From contig DF237390.1 of assembly GCA_000708835.1 (NCBI GenBank), forward strand, positions 1-64,000: a stretch of DNA of 64,000 bases, given 5' to 3'. Shown here in pieces: positions 1 to 12,500 of the stretch. Position 1 is the stretch's first letter. Each line of letters begins with the position of its first letter. The notes beneath the pieces were generated by a model. It was not told the origin of the DNA. It searched no databases and worked only from the letters and a program-made list of their open reading frames with translations. The DNA comes from Klebsormidium nitens. Lineage: Eukaryota; Plantae; Klebsormidiophyceae. The position numbers and the translations under genes are program-made.

Positions 1-905
1 TCCAACCGTCACACGTCCGCATTCAATCACTGTAGCTAGTAGTTCAGAGCTGCAGAGAAGCGTCAAGGTGCGCGCAGCTAGCTATCATACGGTAGCCTTC
101 AAGCCTTATGCAAGACATTTACACATGTTTAACTTATGTACGTATGCTATCGGATGCAAGAGAAGCATGTGCTCAATATGCAATTCCGATTTGGTTACGG
201 CATGCTTGTAATGTGCGAAAAGAACCATCAGCTCACCTGGCAGGCCGGCTTCAATCCAAGCAAACATTTGCGCTTAACTTCAAACGCTTGAACTTCGAGG
301 CGCTAGTAGCAAGTGACCGGTCCAGCGATCGCCGGCGTGCATGGTGCATCAAAATAAAGCCAATCCTCGAACCAATCACGTTACGGGCGTAGGCCATACG
401 AGAATAATTGCAAGCGAACGAGCACTTCATTCACATGTACATTGCCCGGAGCTCCTTGTGAACAGGGTTCATGGGTACATACGTTTTTGTACGCCGACTC
501 CTCCTTTATATAGCTTGAAACGCGTCCTAGGCTGATAATGTCATGAAAGCGTCCAACTGGGGCCTGATTGACCTACCTCCCGGCCCCACGTCTCCGTGTG
601 CACTACTTTTATAGGGTGCCACCCAGGGGTTCGCTGAGAGCACCAGTCATATCAAGCGATAGGTGACCGTGGACGTCACGCCCAGTGAATCCATCCCAAG
701 CACTTGCATCCTGTCGATGACGTACACGTGCAGAAACTTGGCGGCAACACAGGATCATACGGGTGAGTCTAGCTGCTACTGAAGTGCAGAAAACTTGAAA
801 GATCCTCAACATATATTCTCCTATGCAGCAATAGATGTTGCACGCTAAGTGCACGGAAGCCTCCCCAATGAACTGAAGAGTGCACCCATTGCTTTCAAGG
901 CTTGC

Positions 906-963
906 CGGCCCGTCGAGTGCATGTATAAAGTACGCGGCCCGTCGAGTGCATGTATTAAGTACG
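906..963. repeat. 29-bp tandem duplication (2 copies, 1 mismatch)
   Basis: CGGCCCGTCGAGTGCATGTATAAAGTACG followed by CGGCCCGTCGAGTGCATGTATTAAGTACG, just downstream of the HAD-gene stop. Confidence 0.9.
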
Positions 964-1097
964 GTGCTGAACTTTTCCGCCCCTTTTCCAAGAAGAGTTG
1001 TCGCGAGTTGATTGAGACTTCACTTTCAGCAAACAACATGCCACCAAGTCCTAGTTTTGCAGGCAAGGCCGTAAACAGCACTTGGTCAACCACAGCA

Positions 1098-4000
1098 TTA
1101 TTGCTTGTACTCTTGGCTGACGTATGTGTGTTGGACTCGAGCTCCCCGACCATTCAAACCTGGATCAGTTACTTGCCTGTAATCACGAAACGGGGGCAGC
1201 GGCACCACGCCATTTGAAAATGGACCATCAACCGGAAACTGTCCATGAGACTGCCACTCAAAAGGCAACAGCCCCCCATCTTGAGGTCGACGACCATCAA
1301 AGCCTGGGGCTGCGCCCCAGTCATTCCTGGTGAACCCGTTCGATGGAACAAATCCGTTTCCCGGAGGAGGTGGCCCATTGTAACTGGTAGAAGGCTCCCA
1401 GGACCGGTTGTAACTAGTAGAGGGCTCCCAGAAACTTGCGCCGGGCGGCCGGCCCGTCCCGTTGGCTTGCCACGTCCTCTCCCTCTGTGCTTCCTCCGGT
1501 TGCCGATGCACACCAGGCCGAGGAGCCGGGCCAGCCCAGTGTGAAAACCCCGTCCATTCTTGCAATCCTGCGCGCTCGTACCCAAACGAGGCCTTACTTT
1601 CCCAGCCCGATTGCCCCCACCCGTTTTCAATCTGTGCCGGCGCGCTTCCCGTCACGCGTGCGTCAACCGGGAGCTTTTCCGAGTCCCACCCCTCTTCCCG
1701 GAGTCCAAACGTATCCCAGCGCGGTCTTTCCCAACCGTTTCCACCCCAGCCCGCCTCAGCATTCCAACCAGACTCCCTCGGGTACCCGTTCCGCATTGGC
1801 CGGCGTTCGGTTTCCGGAGCTCTCCTCACACCAACCGGCGACCGCGTCCTCTCCCGGTAGACTCCACCGGTCGCTCCTTCACCATCCGACCAGCCCGCGT
1901 CTATTGGTCCTTTCATTGCCTCGTAGCTTGGCCTTGCTTCCGGCCACCGGCCTTCGTTTTGTCCCCGAAAACCATTCCTCTCAAAACCATTCGTCTCGAA
2001 CTGCCTCGAGAAGCGACTCCTTGCCCCCACCCCGCCGCTTTCCACGCCTTGCCACCTGGCACCGTTCTGGTTTCCGAAGTCCATGTCTTCACCCGTTGCG
2101 TGACGGGGCGGATCCCGCCACAGACCCTGACCCCCGTTTGCTCTCTGCCACTCAGCTTTTCGACTTTCTTCTATCCGGTAAGTATCTTCGAACCGACTTG
2201 AACTTCCCGCTTTCACTTGCTGGGCCGCTTTCTCTGCTAACCTATTTGCGAACCCGTCTGCTTGCCCCCTCGCTAAGCCGTCCGCTAACCCCACTGCTAA
2301 CCCCTCAGCAGACTCCTGACTCGGTGCGCTCCCTCGGGTACTTTGCTGCTCTCTCTGCTTCCGGATAAACTGCTCAAAACTCGCCTGGGTCTCCTCCCTA
2401 ACCCGGGCGCTAACCTCCCCGGTTATCTCGACCGAACAGTCGGGGCCGACGCTGATCCCGGGTTGACCGAACGGGTGCGCTTTGACGTACTCACGGACGT
2501 CCGCGGCCACGTGGACACCCTCCAAAAACGAACGGATGCGACCGCCAGGGGCTGCGAGGAGTAAAAAAGGTAACGTCAGCATTTGTGGAGGATAACCGCA
2601 AAATCGCTCTTAATATTTGACAGAAACAGAGTGGTCAGCAGAAAAAGCGTGGTTGGTAGAAGAAGAGTGGGCCGGGCCGATTCCTTGTCGGACCTACGAA
2701 CGGGACGCCGAATGCCCTGTAAAAATGAGCAGATGCGGCCCCCGGGAGCTGTAAGCAGACGACGTGACGTCAAGGGAGGGAAAGAAAATGACGTCAGCAG
2801 CCATCAGCGATGCAAAAGCTAACCAGGATCACAATCAAACAGGGAAGGCAAGAGAAGGGATGTAATGGCAGCGTTCATCAGGACGCCTCAGCGAGCACCG
2901 AGTTTGAGCCGCCGTGAAACTCATTCTGACTGCGTTGCTTGATACAACTTTAATTGTTTCGCGTGTGCCGTTTTGGGATTGGAACGAAAGAAACATCTGA
3001 TCCATTCGCTTGCAGCAATCGTCATGAAAACAGATAAGCAGTACTCTAGGTGTGGCACAAGCAAGACGTAAGCAACGGCTGGAAAGGAGCAGCCATACTA
3101 AGTACGAGACTTGACAAGGCTTCGAAGATCATCTGCCAGATCAAGCATTGCAGGACCAACAACAGCGCTCATCATCTCACTGTAAGGGCTTCTTAAGCCC
3201 GAGGGAAGGCAGAACCTTCTCAAATTCTGATCTCCTTAGTCCGGTGGCTGAGACCCTACCGAGGCAGTCTTGTTCGCGCCCGTCAGCGACATACGTCTTC
3301 GGAAAGACTCCCGTGTACGGCGGATTCCGCAGGGCCTTATAGGCGGAGTCGTCGATCAGGAGCGTATTGCTGGGGCCGTAGACGCCACTGAAAGGGGGGG
3401 ACTCCCACACCCTGCGGAGCTCCTTGAGGAAAATGGGCTTGTTGCGGTTCTCGGGGTGCATGAAGCCGGTGTTGGTGCACTGGTCCTGGCCCTGGAAGGT
3501 CGGTGCCATTTCTGATTTAGACTTTGATTCCGCCACTCTGGTTTCAGTGGGTTCTAAGACTGAGCGAACGTACCAAAACCCGGGTGGTAACAACGATTCT
3601 GAAGTTAAAATTCTTAGGGGGGAGACAACGGACGAAGCCCAGTACTCAGGGATGCAACGTGCAGTAACGACGACGGTGGGATGGAACATCATTGAACTCG
3701 CAGAGCGGAGAAGTGTTATCATAGCCATTGCTTCGAAAGGCAATTAAATTGAGCAAAACATGCGGGTCGGTCACGAAGAAGTCGGATAATGTTGGTGGAC
3801 GAGAGTCAACACGGAGACACAAGACAGGCTGTGCATGCTTGTACCAATATTCAAAGACTTCAATTCCACTCAAAAGGTCGGAACCTGACTTAAACCCAAT
3901 ATAGGTTTTGACACGTAAGTTCGTAGTACAATAGCGTCCAAGTGAAACAAATGCTGGCTGATGTGGAAAACGCTGAAGTAAGACGAAGCCTTACCCAAAT

Positions 4001-5771
4001 GAAGGCCAGCTGACTGACCGCCTCCCCAAATATGTATCGAGTTAGACCTTCCACATTGTGTCTGCATGAATAGGCAAGTGCGTTGCATAAGTGACTGTTC
4101 TCCACGTTCCTTCTATTTAGTCCCTTGTTCAATTTGCCTTCTAAAACACTGGCAAGCAGCTATGCATCAGGACAGAGTAACGATAGAAAAGTTGTTCTTG
4201 CCACTCTTCTAGAAGAGTAGAAGACCTGAACCCCGTCCTAAAGAACGACAGTGAACACAAGATACTTATGACTCACAAATTTGGATGACACTGAGCATCG
4301 CTCATGATTGACAGGCAGTAAATTACAGCCCCCTTGACATTCAAAAGCACACCATGCCTCTACTCACGCTGACGGATACGATTACATCAACCGGGGCTCA
4401 CAAAACAAGGGACCCATTCACCGAGCACCAATAAAGCTCCATGACTACTTATGCTTCAACCAGTGCTTGGAACTGACTCTACTACAGGACAATCAAAACT
4501 ACAAAACCAGATATCAGGAGAAACTTGATCTCATGGGTACAAACCTGGTGCTAAGGAGACCTTCCAAAAAGTGACAGCATAAGTGACAGAAGGGAACGAG
4601 TGAGAACGCGGAATCCCAAGCAGACGAGAGAGACCCCTCCTAGCTAGTACCCACTACGATCAATGGTCTGGATTGATTGGATTCACCAATTGTGACCATC
4701 AATGGAAGGGGCTAAAATGGAAGGGGGTCACTAGGGAGTCCGCCGGGAGTCCACTGTTCTCCTTCCATTCGTTCTTCCGCGCAACGTGGACTGTTCGCCA
4801 GCAATCACCGAAGGTTGGCGTCTTACCTTCGCGCAGATGACCACACCCCCACCACAAAGTTATCCAGGCAGAACTTGATGAAGTCCTCGCAGTGCGGCCG
4901 GTTGTAAACTGTACGTGAGTGAGGACAAGTCTGAGCAGGTCGAGTTAGAGGTGGCGGCTTATGCACGGCAGTAATATACACCAGAATCCGAGCATAAAAA
5001 GTCTTGACGAGGTGGTTTGCCATTCAGGCGTCCTTTATCCTAACACAGAAAATAGCTCGAGGACACATTATCATCTCAAAAGCATCGCAAATTCTAACCG
5101 CTATGGTTCCAAGGTGAGGTAAAAGATAAGGACTGCTACATCAAGCTAACAAGACTACGGATGGCACAAGGACTTTCAACACCTTCAGCACCTTTGCGGT
5201 AAGAAGACAACAAAAAGGCTGCTAATTTGATGCCTTTGCATACTACTTGTCTAGCCTTCAAACCCCGTCACAATCTACAAAGCAGATACGAAAGTTGCAA
5301 CCACTTACCTAGCTTGCGTTTAATCATCACGAGCATTTACCAGCCACATATAGCTTCAGCAGAAAGGGGCAACGAAAAGGAGAGGTGAATGCCATCTCGC
5401 CACTCACTCAGAAAGTTGTTGACAGTGCCGTCATGCTCCCGCAGGGTCGGCTTGCCCTTGTCAAACTTGAACATGGTGTCAATAAGGAAGCCGTTCACGT
5501 CTAAGATCAGCAGCTTCTTTGGCAGACCGTCCGCTGAAACTGGCGGCTCCTTCAGCCTTTCTCCTGAGCTGACTGTTTCTGGAGCTACCACCTCCGGGGA
5601 GCCAACAGGTGTCACATCGTCATAGGCTCCTCCTACATGATTCCTAAGAGTGCTCACGTTGGCGCCGCTCAGTGGATCTGCGACCACTGCTCCGGACAGA
5701 CTTGTCGACTCCTGGAGAAGATGTTGATCGCTCTCGGATGATCGCGGCACGTCCTCAACAACAGCCGCCAT
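1098..5771 (-). CDS. FCP1/NLI-interacting-factor-like HAD-superfamily domain protein (plant DLNG-type) with long Gly/Arg/Trp-rich C-terminal tail; 5 exons: 5771-5408, 4908-4827, 4061-3995, 3491-3260, 2551-1098
   Basis: The spliced frame is continuous across GT-AG junctions with matching phases. Motifs KKLLILDVNGFL, YNRPHCEDFIKFCLDNFVVGVWSSAR, KPIFLKELRRVW, NTLLIDDSAYKALRNP, APGGRIRSFLEG and YVKAHPFGQ match the FCP1-homology family. Motif I reads DVNG rather than DxDxT. Confidence 0.85.
2711..2760 (-). repeat. Intronic ghost copy of acceptor + first 13 codons of the last exon of the HAD gene
   Basis: ttacag|CT CCC GGG GGC CGC ATC TGC TCA TTT TTA CAG GGC ATT versus functional tcgcag|CC CCT GGC GGT CGC ATC CGT TCG TTT TTG GAG GGT GTC at 2551. 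Confidence 0.8.
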
Positions 5772-6407
5772 CCTTGACTAAGAAGTAGGAAAATTTTGAC
5801 CTTGTCTGATAGAGCGGGAACCGGGCGGAAGAGACCAAGCCAATATCGGATCTTCAGTCTGCAAATACCTGTGAGGAGTCCCACTAGCTGTTGCTGCCCA
5901 GCGAATGGAGCTGAAAAGAGGCAAATTCTTCAGGGGCCATACCGTAGCCGCCCTGAAACTGGTGCCGACAATGACTTCTTCAACGTGACGCCCTTTCAAG
6001 TTTCAGGAAGGAGTGCTCAAGCTGCTCCATGCCACTCTGACTTGAATGGTTCAATCTCAAGGGTTTCACTGGTGTTTGTACCGAACAAGTGTCCATGATG
6101 AAAAAAGGCAAATACGGTAGGCCGGTTCTTTGGCCCGACCTCCAAACCATGGGTAGAACATTGTCCAATCAGCCGGATATCATCACCGACGGTGAAAGTG
6201 GTAACCCTGCCTTTTAACCCTCAAGATTATAATAGGAAGTTGAAAGGCGATGGAAGATTCTGCATTGGTGCCAACAAAACAAGGAGTTTCAGAATCATAG
6301 GTACCGAGTTGAACAGCTGTGAGAGGCAGTGGGTGAGCACAAGGTTCTCTGTGAAGAGCACAATCTGCTCCCTCTATACAGTCTCCGGGTTGCTATTAGC
6401 AGTGCAG

Positions 6408-8472
6408 AATGGCCACAACGCTGGAGCCCCCTCGAACAAAGCAGAGACTGGAGGAGCCTCCAGGTGTAAGTGGCAGAGAAGCGTCACGAGCGGGGGGCTT
6501 GGAAGCAGGGCCGGGAAAGGAACCTGTTGCTGATGGCCAGAGACAGTTCACTTGGTAAGTCTGAGCTGCATTTCCTGACCATTACCACCCTACCTGTTCA
6601 GAACCCTAATTCTCAAATTCCGAAATTGCCAGACGGAGGTGTCTTACGAGGTGCTGAAGACCCTATTGGCATGTTGATATCCATCAGACTTGAAGGGATC
6701 CTTACACTGTGGGGGATTCACTGTTTTGTAGCCCCAGTTTAGCATCCGTGGCTCTACTTTACCCTGGGGTACAATGCTGCCAGTTATATCCCGCTTTGTG
6801 CTTATGAAAAACTTGTAGTTTTGACTCATGTCCTGTGCACCATGTTTACGTGATGTCATGAAGGATGCCTTCAAAGAGATGCCGAACCTGAGAGTTATCT
6901 CCCCCTGGCTCAACAGTTCATGGCATGTAGACTTTCCAACGGAGGAAGCGGCTGTCATAGTGTGCAAAACCTTGTCTGTAGACGCAGAGGTGAGTCTGCT
7001 TCTGACGCCAATGCCTCTCACACATTCTGTCCAGTCAACAATCTGAGTTACCTGCATTGACAACAACCTCCTGCAAAAGCATCAAAGCAATCTGCCTCGG
7101 CACCTGATTAGCTAAAATTTGATGCATTAAGGAGTGTCTTGTGCTGATACCATCACTTCACCATCAGGCTGGAACTTTAGTGCATTGCACCAACTGCACC
7201 ACCCTTTCATCGTGCTGCAATCAGTAGTCTCAAGAGTCAGTTCTTCTTGATATCAAGGATCATTAGACCTCAAGAAGAAAGCAGTGAACAGAGTACACAC
7301 CTGCTACCTGATACCCACAGAATACATATCAATTCAGAGATTGTTATTCAATGTGATGGGGCTGAGCACCATCTCTATCAGCGGGCCAAAGCGCCATGAA
7401 GATTCTAAGCGTGTAGGAGACCGAGAGTTCGGACAGCTCCTTCTCAAAATCATACTAAATGTTTACTTTCTCTGAAAGCATGACAGAAAGTATGACAATT
7501 TTGGAGACCAATCTGATTCGGATGGGTGCTTTAGCTGAAGGGAGGGATGTTTCCGACTTTATGTGGGAGGCACGGGGTCTGTTGCAGCAGAAGCTGCAGA
7601 AGGGCCTGGCAAAGCTTACACCTTTTGTGTACACCCTTCATCTATATCAAGAGTCTGCAGCAGGCACAACTGGTCTTTCCAGAAAGTGACGACTTCAGCA
7701 GCCATTTGCCTGCGGAATGCCCCAACCAGTCTCTTGGGAACGTATCAAAAGGTTTTCTGAGGCTTGGAATGTACAGTGTTTCAGTTGAGGTCAGAAGATT
7801 GTAGTTGAAGATACTTGTATTGAGTAACTTCTTGGCGAGGCTTTTCAAAAAGCTATCTTAAAGTTACCATCTCACTTTGGATGCAGCTGAACCCCACGAA
7901 AGTTTTCCGAGAGATCCGTGTGGCTGGCAAACAACTCCTAGTGTGAGCCTTCTCCCTTTCTGACCCCTTGACTCCACGCTTTCTGGCTCAGTCTTTTGAC
8001 CTCAGTTCTACTTCGGGCTTCGATATCGAACTGCTTTCAAAGAAGCGTCCGGAGCTTTCCGCGAATGTCAAAGCTGACGGACGCGCAGATCTTGGAATTA
8101 CAACGGACATTTCTCATCAGCCCGTCTGCCCTAATGTCAGGCATCAGTTCGTGTGCTATCATCCTTCTTCTCTTTCTTGATTCTTGATGAGTAGGGAGGT
8201 GGTTGGGTGCGCCTGAATCTGAAGCGTTTGTCCCCGTTGTTGCACCTTCTTGGCGCATTTAGATTTTGATTGAAAGAGCGGGAAATCAAACGGTCGGTGT
8301 TTACATCAGCACTGTACGAAGTGAGTCTCCGTTTTGTAATACCTGCAGATCTTTCGCTGCCTCGGATGACAGGCTGCTACGAACAGCTGTGAATGGATTC
8401 AAAGACATGCAAAAACTGGCTATCAGAACCCTTGAAGAATTTGGACCCCATCTAATGGAGCCAGCAACGTAG
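6408..8472 (+). CDS. Probable multi-exon gene of unknown function (structure not resolved)
   Basis: Strong + strand donors at 6555 (gtaagt) and 6990 (gtgagt). Open blocks: MATTLEPPRTKQRL... from 6408, DAFKEMPNLRVISPWLNSSWHVDFPTEEAAVIVC, and the 8266-8472 block ending in a stop. No family recognised. Confidence 0.35.
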
Positions 8473-8780
8473 CCTAATCTATCTTGTAATATAGCCCCTT
8501 GAATCCTAGTGCACGCAGCTCTCGTAGCCCCCAGCAGGAGATTGTCAGGAGTCAATGGCAGCATGCTCGAATCATCTTCATGAAAGCTACATGTCACATC
8601 GCATGCCGTGCTATGGTGCTATCCTTGCTCACTTCAATCATGCCAAGAAACATGATGGACAACTGAAATTCGGCACACGGCGGCCAGAACAAACCGCGTT
8701 CCGAATTCTTCCAAAGTTTCCAGCTTCGTTGAATTGAGAGGATCAGTGGGCGGCATGATGCATCAACACCCGCGCCGCGC

Positions 8781-8809
8781 CGCCCCATGGCGCGGCGCGC
8801 CATGGGGCG
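8781..8809. repeat. Perfect GC-rich inverted repeat (14-bp arms, 1-nt loop)
   Basis: CGCCCCATGGCGCG-G-CGCGCCATGGGGCG in intergenic DNA between converging 3' ends. Confidence 0.85.
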
Positions 8810-9520
8810 CATATGGGCGGCCAGCTATTGTTACATGCTCTTGTGTAGCTAGAGCTGGTGCCAACGGATCATTTGGATACATCGGTCTGAAGCACTGAGT
8901 GCTCGAAAATAATGTTTCTGACATGCTCGAGTCCGCCGTCACACGGCATTATCATAGCTCAGGCTGGACTATCACGGTACGCAGAATTTGATTTTTGGTT
9001 GCCAGCTTGCGCGGTGTTGGCAGTTTCGTTAATTGCATGCAGTCATGTATAGCCACGGCGGTGCTGGCACCTTTGTACAGTCTCAGTAATCATTCTCAGT
9101 GCCGGCCGGCGATGATATTTTCTGCAATTAAATTAAGGATTTCAAGTAACTATGATCATGGAACTTTTTGAGAAATATACGACGACGAGCCGCTTTGGTT
9201 TGTACATATTAAGCCAGGAGATCGACATTCGTATATGTACAGTATACCAAGTGTCTGCTGCCGCCAGGACGCCATGCATGCACATGTCCGATCATATCAA
9301 TCATCAAAATTGAACATTAGCAAGTGACATGTCCCAGACAACCAACGATCGGATGTTGAGAGCTGGAAGAATGGTGCCCCTGGGTCAGCTGGGGCGGCCT
9401 GACTTGCCGAGCGAACCAGGTGGCACGACCAGGGCCTTCTTTTCAAAATCAGTCCATTTGTTTGCGACTCAGTTAGCTTTCAACTATTCCTTCCAACATC
9501 AAACCTCGACCTAGAACGCG

Positions 9521-12500
9521 TTACCTCCTCTTGCGCGTGCGCTTTACCTCCTCGCTGCCTGGCCTCGAACTATGACCGTACTTCAGGGCCATCATTTGAT
9601 CGGTCGTCAACTCATCGAACGGAATGCTCTCTAAGTCTCTGTACAGATTTCCCTCAAACTCGACATTGTCTCTAGACGCGGACCGCTGCGGCGGCGCTAA
9701 CCTACCTGGTTTACCTTTACCAACTCGCTTCGTTACGGGCTGCTTACCATTTCCCGCGCCGTTGTTTTCAAGCGACGGGGATCGCATGGTTTCGGGATCC
9801 GCTAACAGATCCCAACCGTTCGCTGCTTCCCGTAAACGACTCGAACTCTCACCCCGTCCGTTGCCTGGCTGATCGAGACCCTGCGCCTTTTCGTCCACGT
9901 TTGAGCTAACCGCTGGCCTAACCCTTGGTTTGGCAACCCGGGGACTTTGCCCGGGCACTCGCTTAGTAGTACTGCGAATGACCAGTGAGTCTCCTGCGCT
10001 CGCGCTGCGCCCTTCGTTCGAGTCGCTTTCCCCATCATCCCCTAATCCTACCCCCTCGGAACGGCCCGCTGACCGATCTTCCGCAACCAAATGTTGCTCA
10101 ACCTGATCTGCCCCCCTAGTTCCGCCTTTCAGCGACGTGACTCCCGCACTCTCTGACCTTCTCCCACTGCTCAATGCCTCTTCCATCTGCATTCTCGTCG
10201 CTTTTCCGTTCTGCACGTCCTCCAGTGCTGTCAGCCCCTTCCCTCGCCCTCCCTTTGAACCCACTGCCCCGTTCATGAAAGGCCCTGAAACCCCTTCAGT
10301 CCGTCCATTCCCAGCCCCTGTTCCCTTCAACCCTCCACTCTTCACCCCGCCGCCTGTCACCTTCCCGTTCGTTCCGTTCGTTCCGTTGCTTCCGTTCTCC
10401 ACCGCCCGCTCAACGTCCCGCCACCGTCGGTGCATCCGTCCCCGGTGATCCTCGTCCCCCGTGCTGTATCCAAAGTCCGGCAACGTATCGAACCGCTGGA
10501 AAATCTCCAGATCCTGCGCAGGGCTCCGAAGACCGTTTCCCGCTCTCCGGGGGGGTCCCTCGCTGTCGCTCCCGCTGCTGTACCCCTCCCCCCCGGAGCG
10601 CCGCCGCCGCTTCACCGCAGCGCCCAAGTTCACCCGGCCCTTCCCGAACGCCACCGGAATCGCTTCCGCCTCCGACGGACGGAACTTTCCGTTGGCGGAC
10701 TTCTCCACGCTTTCGGACGCGCCTTCGACACCACTCGCCGGGTTCGGACGTCCGCTCGTTTCCGCAAGCCCGCCACTAGCCGAGCGGTCCGCAACAATCT
10801 CTTCCGCTGGAGATGGCTCCAAAGACTGCGCGCCGCCATTGTCAAATGAAACACCGTTTCCAAACCCACGACCATTCTGGGACCGGTGGAAATGTTCCCC
10901 GCTCTCGTTCTCCGAATCCTCAACTTCGATCTCGCTGTCCTCGCCGTCTGAATGAGCCCATTCGGACAGCCACGCGATGTCGTCTTCGGCCGAGCCGTAC
11001 TCTCTGCTGACGTCATCGTCGGACGCTCCGCTGACGTCAGCGCGTCCGAAGGGGTCCTCCGGGGGCGCCCCCCGGCTGAGCTGCTCGTAGAGCAAGGCCA
11101 ACTTGTCGAAACTGTCCCGCGAGACGGACTCCTCGAAGGTGGGCGTACGGGAGGAGAGCTCGCCGATCATTCTGCGCAAAAACAGTTGTACGAGGTCGTT
11201 TTGACACTTTTACCGCAGATCAAGTAAGTTCGATCAGAACATACTTCACTCATCCTCCAAAACGCGCAGAAAGTGCTTGCAGGACAGCATGTTGACACAT
11301 TCACCTGCGCTTATCCAGATTCAGTAACAAGATTGCAAGTGTGGCCCGAGAGGCTATGCTTTGCGAGGCTGTCGTGTTGTGCTGAAAGGTAGACGTGAGG
11401 ACTTGGAAGCACGAGTTTCACAATCCACATTCGCAGAGAACACACTATGAATATAACTTCTGATAGATCTTGTTTTTGGATTTGCGAAGCGACTTTCACC
11501 GGAGCTGAGCTCGAGTTCTAGAAAATACACCAACGAAGCTGTTGCTTTTGGGAAGATCTGTTCCTATTCCTCGATGGTGGGCTTTGCGCACGTTGAGCAT
11601 TCTCAGAACAGCGAAGCACGCACCTGTCCTCTTCCAACTGCTTCAGCATCTCCTTTCGAGCCTGGTTGATCTGCGCACCAGACACGTTTGAATTAGCGAG
11701 CAAGCACATTACCATCGAGCAGCACACTTGACCTTTCTGTACTGGATTGTAACTTGATCTTCGGAGCGCTTATGGAGACGCCTCGTCGATCGACAAAGAT
11801 GAACCTCGTGTGCTACAGGGTCGCCTAATTGCAACAATTACAAAAGGTAAGAACATATTGACCCGTTCTTGTCGATGCACTGTGCTGAGCGGAACTCCGT
11901 TCAAGTCGCCCGGTCAGCTGAGGCCAGCAACACTCAAGATGACGTATGCAACCGGCTCGTGACGTCAGGGCGAGGTGGGAATAAGCCCCACCTCCTGGAT
12001 TAGCAGGCCGCAACTCCAGACGGTTGCGCCGACGCCGTACGCCATGCTTTGCTGAGCCAGGTCTGACGTCACCACCCATACGTTGTGGTTGCCCTTGTCG
12101 TGCAGGTTCTTGGCCTGCGCATGAGCCAGATTAGTTGATGCTTCCCCCATCGCAAAAAATCAGGCTCTGAAGACCCTCACCCAATCTTCACCAGAAGGTG
12201 TGATATATGATAAACGCTTTACTAAACCGCTTGCAGTGTTGCTCAAATCCATACTCAGATTCCAAGAGCAGGTTCAAAGGGAAGGCGTGATCGATCATTT
12301 GCGATCCAACGCCCTGTTTTGTGCAGGCTCTTAGCTTGCTAAGAGAAAAAAGTTGAACTTTGAAACTTCGCACTTGTTGAAGCTGAACATTTGAATCTTT
12401 AAAGCCTTGGATTGGAGATCCTGCGGAAAAAGGCATTTTTGAGGTTTGTGAGACCTACCTCCCGTTCGATCCAAGAGTCGGCGGTATCGTCGGCCGAGTA

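Noticed and set aside
1436-2368. 310-aa + strand ORF (likewise 10461-10955 +, 44871-45467 -, 45639-46346 -)
   Set aside because: Antisense shadow ORFs of GC-rich terminal exons, with no domain signal.
8781-8852. Helitron 3' terminus
   Set aside because: The nearest CTAG is ~40 nt from the hairpin, further than typical, and no Rep/helicase remnant was seen.
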